Shown: positions 37,301 to 51,815 of the stretch, one piece after another | Layout of the letters: each line of letters begins with the position of its first letter | How positions within the stretch are numbered: the first letter of the stretch is position 1 | Source of the DNA: Eledone cirrhosa | Lineage: Eukaryota | Direction: 5' to 3' | DNA length: 64,000 nt | Assembly (NCBI GenBank): GCA_964016885.1 | Contig: OZ024752.1 | Span: forward strand, 44,020,001 to 44,084,000 | Position numbers and translations under genes: made by a program | The notes under the pieces: generated by a model | Databases searched by the model: none | The model's input: the letters and a program-made list of their open reading frames with translations, nothing else | Told to the model about the DNA's origin: nothing

Positions 37301-40300
37301 ACAACTAATATCTGTGCCAGTGGAACCTAGAACAGAAAATAGAACTTTATGTAATTCCTACACTCAGTTATTTAACTAATATTTAACTAACATTAAAACT
37401 AACCACACACACAAATCATGCTACTACTCTTGAAGCCAACAGTGCCATTGTGTGCCACTCCAGCTCCGAAGTGCCGTATTTTTCCACCCTATCTCCCCAT
37501 TGCTATAGGAGGTCACCCTAGCTCCATTTCTCCATACCGTGTCACTGAAGCTCCCTAGTTCCATATTGACTGACACACGGACAGACTGACACACAGACGG
37601 GCACAATTCGACTTTTATTTATACAGGATATCTCCTCCAAATATCATTTTAGATTATAAAAATCTTGTCATTTCTATATTTACCACAGTCGCTCTCATCT
37701 TCTTCACCGGGGCAGTCCTTGTCCCCATCACATTTCCAATCTCCTGGAATGCAGCTGTTGAATAAAAAAACAAGTTTGTTTGGTTTTTATTAGATATTAA
37801 CTTAATACAAAAGTTTTATTTTGTTCTGCAAAGTAGAAACTGTTATAGAAACAAGAGAAGATAGAGAGAGGAAACATTATATGTGGCATGAATATATATA
37901 GTGCTTGTATATTTAAGATGCTGTATGGTGGGGTGTTTATATGTGTAGTTGCAACAATGTTTATGATAGGTGAGTTGTATTCTAATGTGAGTCACATATG
38001 AGCTTTGTAATAGGTCAGAATCTTTCCAGATCTGAAATATTTTCTCACTCTGCCCAAAGAGGGCACAAAAGACCTGTGAACTAAACTTCTGGCCCCTTGC
38101 TTCCAGCAAGACCTGCCCTGCACTTCCAGCAAGACTTCCTTTCCACTTCCAGCACCCTAGCCCCACAGATATAGATTATGAAAAGGAATAAAAACAAAGA
38201 AATAATCTTACTTTCCTGATCCTACACATAGGATTTCATTGGGACGACAAGTTGTGACTGGTTCTGGAACAGAAAATTTATTGAAACTATTGGTAAATGT
38301 TGATATTAGCACAATTTAGCTAGGAGGGTTATAAGAAATTATATCGATCTTGGATTAGAACTGAAAATGTAGAACTGGTTGAAGAAGTGTGTGAACTCCC
38401 AACGGAAGTGTTTTGAAAGGGACTAAATAAAATTTGGGAAATGTACAAAATTGTTTTTTATGCCCAAAGGTGAGATACTTTTTGAATGCACATCGTATAT
38501 CTTTATTCCTTTCTTATTCCTGAGAGGGTCGTGGGGACAGAGTCCTCAAACACTCCTTCCAGTGGATCCTGTCAGAAGCAACCGTCTCCAACTTATCCGT
38601 AAGGATCCCCAAGTGTGACCAGCCAAGCTCATGGATGTTATCCAACCATCTTGCTTGGGGTCCACCCCTAGGTCTCCTGTCGGTTGGTTTTGACCTTAAA
38701 ATCTGTATATATATATCTACATTGAAAAAATAAATAAATAGTATCGAGATCGTAAAACTTGCCCTTCAGTATTTGAAAAAAACTTATTTTACGAACCTCA
38801 GAGAAATGAAAGCAAGGTTAAACCCAGAAATGAGTGTAACTAAATAAAAACACAGACATTTTATCTGTCCTATTACTTCTGCCATTCACTGGCGAAACAA
38901 TAGTGCTGGAAAAACATCACTAATATGACTTCCACGTCTAGTAATAAGGGAGATAACTCATCTATAATTATGTTCATTTTGCTATTATATATATCTCCTT
39001 CTATACTTACCACAGTCGCTCTCATCTTCCCCACCGGGGCAGTCCTCATCCCCATCACATTTCCAATCTTGTGGAATGCAGCTGTTGAATAAAAAACAAG
39101 TTTTGGGGGTTTTGTTTTTAGTTTTTATTAGTGATTAACTTAAGACACAGTTTTTATTTTTTTTTTTTTTTAATATTCATTAATAAAAGGATAATGTGGG
39201 ATATTCCAGTGGGAATATTTTAGTTGGGATATTTTAGTGGGAATATTTTAGTGGGGATATTTTAGTGGGAATATTTTAGTGGGGATATTTTAGTGGGAAT
39301 ATTTTAGTGGGGATATTTTAGTGGGAATATTTTAGTGGGGATATTTTAGTGGGGATATTTTAATGGGAATATTTGAGTGGGACTATTTTAGTGGGGATAT
39401 TTTAGTGGGGAAGGTAAATGATCAAGCAACACACACAAAAAGTTATAATTATTGTTTATCTAAAGAAAGCAGGTATAATTATTTGTGGGTTGCATGAGAT
39501 TGAGGAGAATATTTTATTCTTCTGCATAAATTATATAAAATGATTATAAAAAGGAGTAAAAAGAAAGAAATAATCTTACGTTTCTGATCCTGTACAAAGA
39601 ATTTCATCGGAACGACAACTTCTGACTGGTTCTGGAAGAGAAGTTATTGAAACTATTGAAACATCTTGTAGAAGAAGAAGAAGAAGATGAAGAAGAAGGG
39701 TATCCAGCTGTAACCTCCCCTACCCCACCAAAATATAGTTGTATTTGAGACAGGTACAGCAGGGACAGGTGGCCAGACTAACTCCATAATGCGGACAACC
39801 TGACTGATGCCAGCACGGAAATGCAGATGTTAAATGATGATGATGATGGTGATGACAATGGTGATCATGATGATTATGGTGGTGGTGGTGGTGATGATGA
39901 TGATGGTGATGATGGTGGTGATGATGATTATTATGGTGATGATGATGATGATTATTATGATTATGATGGTGATGATGATGATTTAGCAAAGCTCCAACTT
40001 CACCAATTCAATTTAATCAGTAAGATATTTACCACAGCCCTTTTCGTCATCTCCCGCTATACAGTCGCTTTCTCCATCACACTTCCAGGCAAAAGGAATA
40101 CAGCTGTTATAATAAAAACACACTTAATTTAATATTAATACATCTGTTATAATAAAAACACACTTAATTTAATATTAATACATCTGTTATAATAAAAACA
40201 CACTTAATTTAATATTAATACATCTGTTATAATAAAAACACACTTAATTTAATATTAAAACTCAACAATACGTTTAGTTTATCTACAAACGGGGGGAGAA

Positions 40301-43300
40301 GAAGAATATCTTACATATTTGATGCTATACAGTGGAATTGTCTCGGGCTACAAGTCAATGTAGGAATAGTTGTAGTTACATCTGGAATTGTAATATAAAA
40401 GTAACTTTAATTGTAGTTTCTCATATTTAAAATTTGTTGAAGAAGCAGATAATTATTCCATTGAGGTCCTGTTCAAGGCTTGAAACATACAGTTACACCT
40501 TCACCTTCACACGCACACATACCCACTAGTCCACCCCACATATACATAGATTACCTTAATTCCCAAACCCCTCTAATGTGAAAGCTACCCTCAACTAGCC
40601 ACTCTCCAACATGGCTGACTCAATACACCATTTCTTCTCCACGTACCTTGTGTTAAGGTATTGTTCTCAAATTAAATAATATCAAAATCTCATAGATTCA
40701 ATATAATGTGAGATATTATGTGAGGTAAAGCCTTTACTGTGAAAATACAATAGTATATATAGAGTAATGTAAATGTTATGTGAGGTAAATACTTTACTGT
40801 GACAATACAATAGTATATATAGAGTAATGTAAATGTTATGAGATATTATGTGAGGTAAAGTGTTTACTGTGAAAATACAATAGTATATATAGAGTAATGT
40901 AAATGTTATGTGAGGTATTATGTGAGGTAAAGCCTTTACTGTGAAAATACAATAGTATATATAGAGTAATGTAAATGTTATGTGAGGTATTATGTGAGGT
41001 AAAGCCTTTACTGTGAAAATACAATAGTATATATAGAGTAATGTAAATGTTATGTGAGGTATTATGTGAGGTAAAGCCTTTACTGTGAAAATACAATAGT
41101 ATATATAAGGGTTAAAATACTTACAAGTTTTTGCCGTTGTTTCAGTTGTCATCAGTTGAGTTACTGTTGTTTCTATAGTAGTAGTTGTTGTTGTGTTGTC
41201 ACATTGATTAATTTTACAATATCCAAAATGATTTTTGAAAGCCGGTGCTACCCAACACCATGGACTCTTATCCTTATCAGGGTTTCGACAATAATTGTGG
41301 TCTCCAAGACCCTAGAAAAAATGTTTTAAAAAAATAAAAATATTCTAAGATATAAATGCAATTATATATTCATTTATAAAAACTTGAAATTTCTATGAAG
41401 TTCCTGTAATAAAAAAAAAACACAACAAAAAAACGAAAACCCCCCCCCCCAAAAAAAACAGGAATATTTTGTTATCAAAACTTCAACATCATCATCATCA
41501 TCATTTTGCAATTGTTTTCCATGATTGAAAATTCATACTCTATTTATGTATTGAGTTCTCTTATAAAGGGAGCCATTACCATCATCATCATGTGATGTGC
41601 ATGGAGGATGACTACTGGGTAAAGAAGTGCCAAGAAATTCCAGTAGAAGGAAGACCACGAAAAACATGGGAGGAGGTGGTGAGAGCTAACTTCAGACCGC
41701 TGAAGCTCAAGGAGGAGATGACAAAGGACCATGACAAGTGGGGGGATGGTGTGCTGAATAGGACCCGTCCAACCCTTGCAAGCAGGGAAAAGCGGACGTT
41801 AAATGATGATGATGATGATCATGATCATCATTATCATCAATTAACGTCCACTACTAACAAGGGTTGGATAAGTCATCACTGACCAAATCAGTACTTAATT
41901 AGAACTACTGGCCTTTCAGATGTACCAAGGGGCCGCATCACATTTATATACATTTCCACACTCTGCAGAGTGCACTGGGTGAATTTCATCATGACACTAG
42001 CACTAGAAAGGTTCTCATATATTGGCATAACTGTGGAATCTTGTCAACCCTTTGTCTGGCAAGTTTTCTCTGGTTGGATCCCATTCCTTATCATCAACCT
42101 CTTTACAGAGTGTACTGGGTGTGTGTTATCATGTGACCAACACAGGGGAGGTTATCATGTCACCAACACAGGGGAGGTTATCATGTCACCAACACGGGGG
42201 AAGTTATCATTTCACCAACACGGGGGAGGTTATCATGTCACCAACACAGGGGAGGTTATCATGTCACCAGCATGGGGGAGGTTATCATGTCACCAACACA
42301 GGGGAGGTTATCATGTCACCAACACAGGGGAGGTTATCATGTCACCAACATGGGAGGTTATCATGTCACCAATACGGGGGAGGTTATCATGTCACCAACA
42401 CAGGGGAGGTTATCATGTCACCAACATGGGAGGTTATCATGTCACCAACACGGGGGAGGTTATCATGTCACCAACACAGGGGAGGTTATCATGTCACTAA
42501 CACGGGGGAGGTTATCATGTATTTGACACAACTGAGGAGTACACTCAATCCTTTTGTTGCTATGGTTTCTACAACCGCCCTTCCTGTCATTAACCACCTA
42601 ACAGGGTGTACTGGATATATTCTTTGTGGCCCCAACACTAGAAATGTTGTCATGTCAGGAAGTCAATCAGGCCTCACACAGGCTGCTGTTTGGCCACGAC
42701 TGGTCGACAGGTGAAATTAAAACTTACTGCATTGGGAGAGTTTAGGGTGTTATATTTACGGTTCTCTGTCCATTTAATGCAGGGTGTTCCTCTCTTAGTC
42801 TTTGACTCAAATCCTCGATAAGTGACACCATTTCTTTTGTAGCAATCTGAAAGTATTAATCAACCACATAACCAATATTAATAGTTAACCAATATTAATA
42901 ATTAACCATATTAATAGTTAACTATATATATAGTTAACCATATTAATAGTTAATTATTTTATAGTTAACAATATTAATAGTTAACAATATTAATAGCTAA
43001 CCATATATATAGTTAACTATATTAATAGTTAACTACATTAATAGTTAACTATATTAATAGTTAACCATACTGTATATATAGTTAACCATATATATATAGT
43101 TAACAATATTAATAGTTAACCATATTAATAGTTAATCAATATTAATAATTAACCATATTAATAGTTAATATAGTTAACTATTAATATTGTTAACTATTAA
43201 TATGGTTAATTATTAATATTGGTTAACTATTAATATTGTTAATAGTTAACAATATAAACAGTTAACCATATAAATAGTTAACAATATTAATAGTTAACCA

Positions 43301-44881
43301 TATTAATAGTTAACCAATATTAATAGTTAAACATACTAATAGTTAACCATATTAATAGTTAACAAGATCAATAGTTAACAATATTAATAATTAACCATAT
43401 AAATAGTTAAACATATTAATAGTTAACTATTTTGATAGTTAACCATATTAACAGTTAACTGGAATGACTAATAAAAGAAGAGTAAGTTAGCTTAGAAACA
43501 TACCTTCTGTATAATGCTGTGTTTTCCCTCGTTCACAAATAAAACCTGTAACTGTGTTACAATTGGAAGCCTTCCAGAAGAAGTAATTAATCAGGTATTC
43601 TTTTCTATTATATTCAAACTTATTAGATAAGCTAATACACCTCCCAAATATGTTTGGTTCTGAAAATGTCTTATCAGGCTTCCATCCTGTAAAGAAGAAA
43701 ACATCAAATTCTATCAGTTTATCACCAGTCTCTCTATATGTAGGCATTAATACACCAATTCCATAACAATACTGAAATGTCTATCAAGACATTCTTAACA
43801 CTTTAGCATTTAAACCAGCCATATCCGGCCAGAATTCTCTCACCTATTTCTGTTCAAACCGGCTGTAACCGGCCACTCATACAGATGTTAAGGTATTGTT
43901 CCCAAAATAAATAATATCCAAATATCATAGATTCGATATTATGTGAGGTAAAGCCTTTACCACTAAAATACAATAGTATATATAGAGTAATGTAAATGTT
44001 ATATGAGATATTATGTAAGGTAAAACCTTTACTGTGAAAATACAATAGTATATATAGAGTAATGTAAATGTTATATGAGATATTATGTAAGGTAAAACCT
44101 TTACTGTGAAAATACAATAGTATATATAGAGTAATGTAAATGTTATGTGAGATATTATGTGAGGTAAAGCCTTTACTGTGAAAATACAATAGTATATATA
44201 GAGTATTGTAAATGTTATGTGAGATATTATGTGAGGTAAAACCTTTACTGTGAAAATACAATAGTATATATAGAGTAATGTAAATGTTATGTGAGATATT
44301 ATGTGAGGTAAAGCCTTTACTGTGAAAATACAATAGTATATATAGAGTAATGTAAATAGTAAAGAGTTAATTAATATAATAAATGAACAACACTAAGAAT
44401 TATAAACAATTTGTAATGTTATTTAATTTATATAAATAAAAAAAAATTATATATATACAAAATTAGTTTTTTTTGCTCTAACATACCGGATATATAAATG
44501 TATTTGTAAGTCTTATTTCAAATAATAATATTTGATTGGTTTGCAAGCAAAACAGAGTGTATTGAGGGTGTTTGTTTGCAAATGGATCAAATATTATTAT
44601 TATCTGATATAAAACTCACATATACATTTATATATATATATATTTATATATATACTTACCTGGAAACCAAAAGTAATCATGTATACTTTTTCTTTCAGAT
44701 CTCCAATACCATTTTCTACCAAGCTTGTAACCATCTGTCAACCAGACGTGGTTTTCTTCAATAAAAACAGATAAAAATAAAGTTTAGTAGGACAGGTATA
44801 TACTACAATAATACAGGTAAATATATACATATCTAGACAACCCATCGATATATATATATATTGATGGGTTGTCTAGATATA

Positions 44882-44919
<38 letters not shown>

Positions 44920-46756
44920 TATAGTATACTTAGCTAGGAGGGAAGCAGAGGATAGTAAATTCAAGCATGTTTTGCAACGTGAGGACCAGAAACAGGAGGT
45001 GTTCAAGATTACGAGGCAGTGTATCAGAGGGAATTGTGATGTCATTGGAGAGAAGTGTATTCGGAATGATAAAGGTGAGCTTGCCCTCACAAGTGCTGAG
45101 AAGAAAGATGCATGGGAAGAAGAGACCCTACCCCAAGTAGACCCTATAGAGGGGCCAGCAGTACAAGTCAGCAGCAGCGTAGTAAGTAAGGCAATCAAAG
45201 ATATGAAGATGGGGAAGGCAACCGGTCCATCGGGTATAGCTGCTGAGATGCTGAAGGCATCTGGGTCTGTAGGTCACACTATAACCACACGTATTGTTAA
45301 CCAGGTAATACTAGAAGGTGTTATACCAAAAGATTGGTGCAGTAGCATCATTGTCAACTGCTACAAAGGTAAAGGTGATGCACTCGATAGAGGAAACTAT
45401 AGAGGTATAAAGCTGATGGACCAGGTCATGAAAGTAACAGAAAGAGTTATAGCACAGTTGATTAGGGACCGGGTGAAACTAGACGAGTATGCTGATGAAC
45501 TCGCACTTATAGCTGAATCTATGGTAGAACTAGAGAAGAAATTCCAAACTTGGAAGCAGGGACTAGAAAGAAAGGGTCTCAAAGTCAACATGACAAAGAC
45601 TAAGATCCTTGTAAGTAGACGAGAAAACAGAACCCAGATCCCCTCAGGGAAATGGCCTTGCTCAGTATGTAGGAAAGGTGTAGGTAGGAACTTCATTCTC
45701 TGCCCCAAATGCAAACAATGGGTACACAAGAGATGTAGCGGGATCTCAGGAAGCTTAATTAAGAATGTAGGATTCACATGCAGCAGCTGTGCTGAGACAG
45801 CAAGCAGCAAACAGCCACAGGATACAAGTACCACCAATCCCTGGGAGGGCTCTGTAGAGACAGTAGACAGCTTCTGCTACCTAGGTGATCAAATTAGCAG
45901 AGGAGGTGGGTATTCAGAAAGTACAATAACTAGGGTAAGAACGGGATGGAAGAAGTTCAGGGAACTACTACCACTGCTAGCTGCAAAAGGCTTCTCCCTC
46001 AAAATGAAAGGCAGACTGTATGATGCGTGTATCTGAACAGCAATGTTACATGGTAGTGAAACCTGGGCGCTGAAGGTGGAAGACTTACGTAGATTAGAAA
46101 GAAACGAAGCCTGCATGCTCCGATGGATGTGTAATAGTAATATACGCGAACGACAAAGTATAAATGAATTGAGAGAGAGACTGAGCATAAGAGGAATCAA
46201 ATGCTGTGTGCAGGAGAGGCGGATGCGTTGGTATGGACATGTGATGCGTATGAAGGATGACAGCTGCATAAAAAAGTGCAGAGCACTAGAAGTCGATGGA
46301 AACCGCGGAGTGGAGAGACCCAAGATGTCCTGGGATGAGGTGATAAAAGCCGACATAACTCAATTACACCTCTCAAAGGCGATGAGACACGACCGTGACC
46401 ACAGAGTACCCGACCTCCCATGGGTACAAGCTGAAGCATATAGACAATATGCCCCCACACCCTCCCACTGCAAGGTGGTCGTGGAGGTGCCACGGCAAAA
46501 AAGCACCCAGCCCACACTGTAAAGTGGACGTGTAGGCGCCACGAAAAAGCACCCAGCACTCACTATAAATGAGGTTGGTGTTAGGAAGGGCATCCAGCCC
46601 CATGGATTTTATCTATTACATTCACGTATTATATTTCGAATACCTGATGATATCACCGGATTCATACGGAACCCGGTCATTGAAATGATCATAGTATAAT
46701 AAACCTTTCAAGGATTTACACAAATCCAGCCTCCTGTCATTTCATTATATATATAT

Positions 46757-46833
<77 letters not shown>

Positions 46834-49800
46834 ATACGACAATAATATGTTCATCTTTATATGTACATCTTTCTTCAAGCTAAGCTATTATATTCAGCAA
46901 TATAAATTAATTGTTTCTACTTTAGGCACAAGGCCAGCAATTACACAGTGCATTACTGGTACTTTATTTTATCGACCCCGTAAGGATGAAAGGCAAAGTC
47001 AACCTCGGCGGGATTTGAACTCAGATCATAAAGGGATGTAACTCTGCTGGAAAGCATGACGTCCGACCCTCTACCGATACTGCCAATCCACCGCCCTTCA
47101 GCAATATAAATTAATGTACTTAATTCTGACTTAGGAATTGAAGCTAACAATTTTTATGAGCAATATTTTCAAATATAAATAAATATACCCCAATGTGGAA
47201 ATGGCTCGTGTGAGTTTTGCTATGTTTTCTGAAACAGGTGAGCATCACGCAGGGAGATTCAGTCCAGATACAAACGTACATCCCTTCGCTTTGTACGACA
47301 ATGACTAAAGACAGTATTTAAAGACATTAACTGAAATTTAGAAAAATATATATTCTTACCTTCATTAGTGCTAAGTAGATTCGAAAGAAATTTATTTTCT
47401 TCCAAACTTTCAATGATAGCTAAGTGGCTACCTTTACTATGACACATTTCTTTAGCCCTCTGTCTTCTAGCATTGCCAACAAAGAGACGATAACAACCAT
47501 GCGGACCAGAGTACCACTCAGGTTTGCAATCTATCAAAATAAAATAAAATATAACTCAACATAACTCAACCAAAAAAACAAACATTACTGAAATAAGTTA
47601 TCTCCCTTGGACGGTAGCACCGTCAAACTTTATCTCCAAATATAATAATAATAATAATAATGAAATTATTGTGTACAGTGCTCAGGTGCACTACAACTCA
47701 TCAAAGGTGCATGTATAGTACATAGAATAATGTACAAATGTCAGGAAAATGAACAGTGTATGAGTCATGATATAATAATAATAACAATGAAATATTGTGT
47801 ACAGTGCCCAGGTGCACCACAACTCATCAAAAAAGTGCATGTACAGTACATAGGGCAATGCACAAACATCAGTTTGTTACTGTGTATATATGGACAGAGG
47901 CAGATATTAACGACCTATACCATCACTGCGTCAACAAGTCCAGAAAGTATGGCAGAACATTCTCTGGTATACAGAACCCCAACCACAAGCTACCTCGAAG
48001 AACACCAGAAGGTTTAACCCTTTAGCATTTAAACCGGCCATATCCAGCAAGAACCCTCTCACCTCTTTCTGTACAAAATGGCTGTAACCAGCCACTCATA
48101 CTGATGTTAAGGTATTGTTCTCAAAATAAATAACATCAAAATCTCATAGATTTGATATTATGTGAGGTAATTATGTAAGGTAAAGCTTTTACCATGAAAA
48201 TATAATAGTATATATAGAGTAATCATCATCATCATCGTTTAACGTCTATCTTCCACGCTAGCATGGGTTTAGACGGGAATTGTCACACGTGAGGCAAGAT
48301 TAGTTGTCTTGCTCGTATGGGACTATCTAGCGGGTTTTCTACGGCTGATGCCCTTCCTAACACCAACCACGTTTGCAGTGTGGACTGGGAGGTTTTTACC
48401 ATGTTACCTACATGGCCACATTACAGCGTGGACTGTGTGTTTTTTTTTGTTGTGACAGCTACACGACCTCATTTATTTAGGACTGGATGTTGTGGTACCA
48501 ACATAACTTTACAGAGAAAGGGGTGGTGTAGATGGGGCGGGGGTAGGGCGTGGGAGTGGGATGGGGGTGTATTTTTGGTTAGGAGGTGCCTACTGACTAT
48601 AGGTTTCGCTTTGTAATGTAAATGCTAAAGGGTTAAATTATGAAAATGATCTATGTGGTAAATGCTTTCCAACACAGTATCTCCAGACAATAGAGCATTG
48701 ATTGGTTATTTCTAAACCAATCAATTTAATATACACAGCCATTGACACTATGAAAATTGTTAATGCATATTTAAAACATATATATATGTTCAGTAAAAGT
48801 TGTTTTGGCAAAAATCAGGAGAAAGCTCTCTACATTCTTAGTCTGTGGTTACAATGGCGATTCAGTATAAGAATAACATTAAAAAAGATGCTGATATTAC
48901 ATAAATCATTTAGTCATTATAATTATTTCAATGGTTCCCTTATGCAAGCCAAGATGTAACATATACATTTGTTCTTGGTATGGGAACGATATCTTCAGAT
49001 GAAATATCCGTTTATGTGATATGCTGCAGGCAAAAAAACATGTCCTTCTTCTTGCATGCCTGGCAAGCTTGCCGAGCAAGAAGGATATGTTTATCATTAA
49101 GCCATTTATCTTGTCACAATATCATGAAACAGAATGGAAGAGAAATAGTTAAATTTGGAATAGAAACTAAATGAAACATTAAGAATATAATCTCACTATA
49201 TGTTACCCATAATAATTTTATTTTGAAACGTTTTTTCTTAATTTTCTTCCCAGACTTACCAAGGTTTGTTTTACAGATAACTCCGGCAGCTTCATTTGCT
49301 GAGCAATCATGTTCGGTATCATATGCGCAATATAGCAAAGAATTTTCATCTCCTGAACATTTTACATTATCCATATTATAGTTTGATGATTCAGCCAAAC
49401 CATACGTCGAACCTCCTAGAGCTGCTTCAGCACCCCTAAAAAATGAAATAGAATAACATTTCTTTATTGTTATAGACTGGAGTATACGGTGTATATATAT
49501 ATATACATTGTAGTACAAATTTGGTATGGATATCCAAGGGTTTAGCGCACTCAGTCCGTACGATGAGTTAAGTATAATTAGTTATAACAGTTAACAGTGA
49601 CATATACAGATACTTCAGCCAGTCATAAAAAAGAAAAATGATTTCCCTCTGTGGAGATTATTTTTTAGAACAAATTTTGCTTCATGAGGACAGAGATTAA
49701 AGCAGTCAAGCCGCATATTTAAGCAGCGTTTCCTGGAGGACAGTTGTGAGAGTATATTCCACTTCTTTGAGCTATACAGCTGACAAAATGTTGCCCCATT

Positions 49801-51110
49801 GACGTAGGGGGTGGATCTTTCCATTATCCTCCATTTAACAAAGAACTCTGTGGCCTTATCTTTGAGAATGAAAGGCAAAGTTGACCTCAGTGAGATTCAG
49901 AAAGTTTTGTCTGATGTTCTAATGGTTCTGCCAATCCACCACCCTACTCTGAAATAGATAAGTATAAAAATAAAATATAAAAATAATAATAATAATGATC
50001 TACTATAGGCACAAGGCCAGCAATTTTGGGGGAGGGGGAAATTCGATTAAATCGACCCCAGTGTGTAACTGGTACTTTATTTTATCAACCTCATAAGGAT
50101 TAAAGGCAAGGCTAACCTTGGTGGGATTTGATCTCAGAACGTAAAGGGACATAACTAAACCGTGAAGCATGGTGTCACACGCTCTACCGATTCTGCCATC
50201 CGATAATGATGATAATATAAATTCTACAAAGCAGTATTCTTCAGTGAGAATATATCAACAACTTACCTGGCAAATCCAAGTTGATTACAAGCTACATTAG
50301 CATCTTTAATGTCCCAATCATCATCACAGACATAACCCCAACTGTTGTTACGGTAAATACTTATCAAGCCAGCATTGTAGTAAGTTGTATTACCAGTAAG
50401 ACTGAAAAAAAAAGAAATTTATTTTTATTCAGATTAATTGTTTCTACTTTTGGCACAAGGCCAGCAATTACCCCAGTACGTTACTGGTACTTTATTTTAT
50501 CAACCCGTAAGGATGAAAGGCAAAGTTAACCTTGACGGGATTTGAACTCAGACCATAAAGGAACGTAACTATGCTGGAAAGCATGGCGTCCGACCCTCTA
50601 CCGATACTGCCAATTCACTGCCTTTGTTCAGATTAACGTCAACTGTTTTAATAAGTTTTTTAAATTTACAACTCAAAGTAACATAGCTAAGTAATGTTGT
50701 TTTTTCGTCATATATAATGTTTTTTTAATGACTAAAGAAAATTAATTGTTGCAGGAATGCTATCATTTAAAATCAAATTTCGCCAGAGATAGATTAGCCA
50801 AATTTAATAAGCGGGGGAGGTTGGAATAAGAGGTGAAGGATGGGGTGAAAAAAATTATGAGCTTAAAGAAGGTCCAATAATATACAAGGGATAATTATTT
50901 GTTTAGTAAGGACAAAGCTTTAGAAGAAGGTTGAGAATAACATTCTATCAGTCTTACCGAATACGACTATGGCCTAGAGGTTGATAAACAGAATATTTTG
51001 CATTGTTTGTAGTCACGTTACCCTGTCCAGGTTCAGGCACTGCCTAAAACAAAATGAAAAATATATTTCTTTATAGATGTATTTAGATAGATACAAGGAG
51101 AATGTGTGAG

Positions 51111-51178
<68 letters not shown>

Positions 51179-51575
51179 GTGATAAATGAAAGATATATAT
51201 ACTTTATATCATTATATATATTTCGAAGATGTAAAGTTTTATGTATAACATAAAGCAAAACATGTCCTCCTCAGACAAAATACATAGAAAATGTATAATT
51301 GTTTTCATGATATGCTGGAAGACAAACGAGCTGGACAGATCGGTGACCACCAAGCATATGACTAGAAAAAACTCAACATATATATATATATGTATATATA
51401 TATATGTTGAGTTTATATATATATCATATTATATATATATATATATAAAGTCAACATATATATATATATATATATATACATATATATATACATATACATA
51501 TATATACATATACATATATATACATATATATATACATATATATATACATATATACATATATATACATATATATAC

Positions 51576-51619
<44 letters not shown>

Positions 51620-51777
51620 ATTATTTGCTCCAGGACTTGTTGAGTGCTCTAAATCAGCTATAAACATTTATACCTTTATCTATTTATTTATTTATTTATT
51701 ATTTGTCGTTTTCCCAACTATTTCTTTACCCCTTCCACATTTTTATTTTTATATATATATAATATTTATGTATTTTC

Positions 51778-51815
<38 letters not shown>

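Noticed and set aside
39821-40132. Asp/Gly-rich and poly-His ORFs
   Set aside because: (GAT/GGT)n microsatellite inside an LDLa intron.
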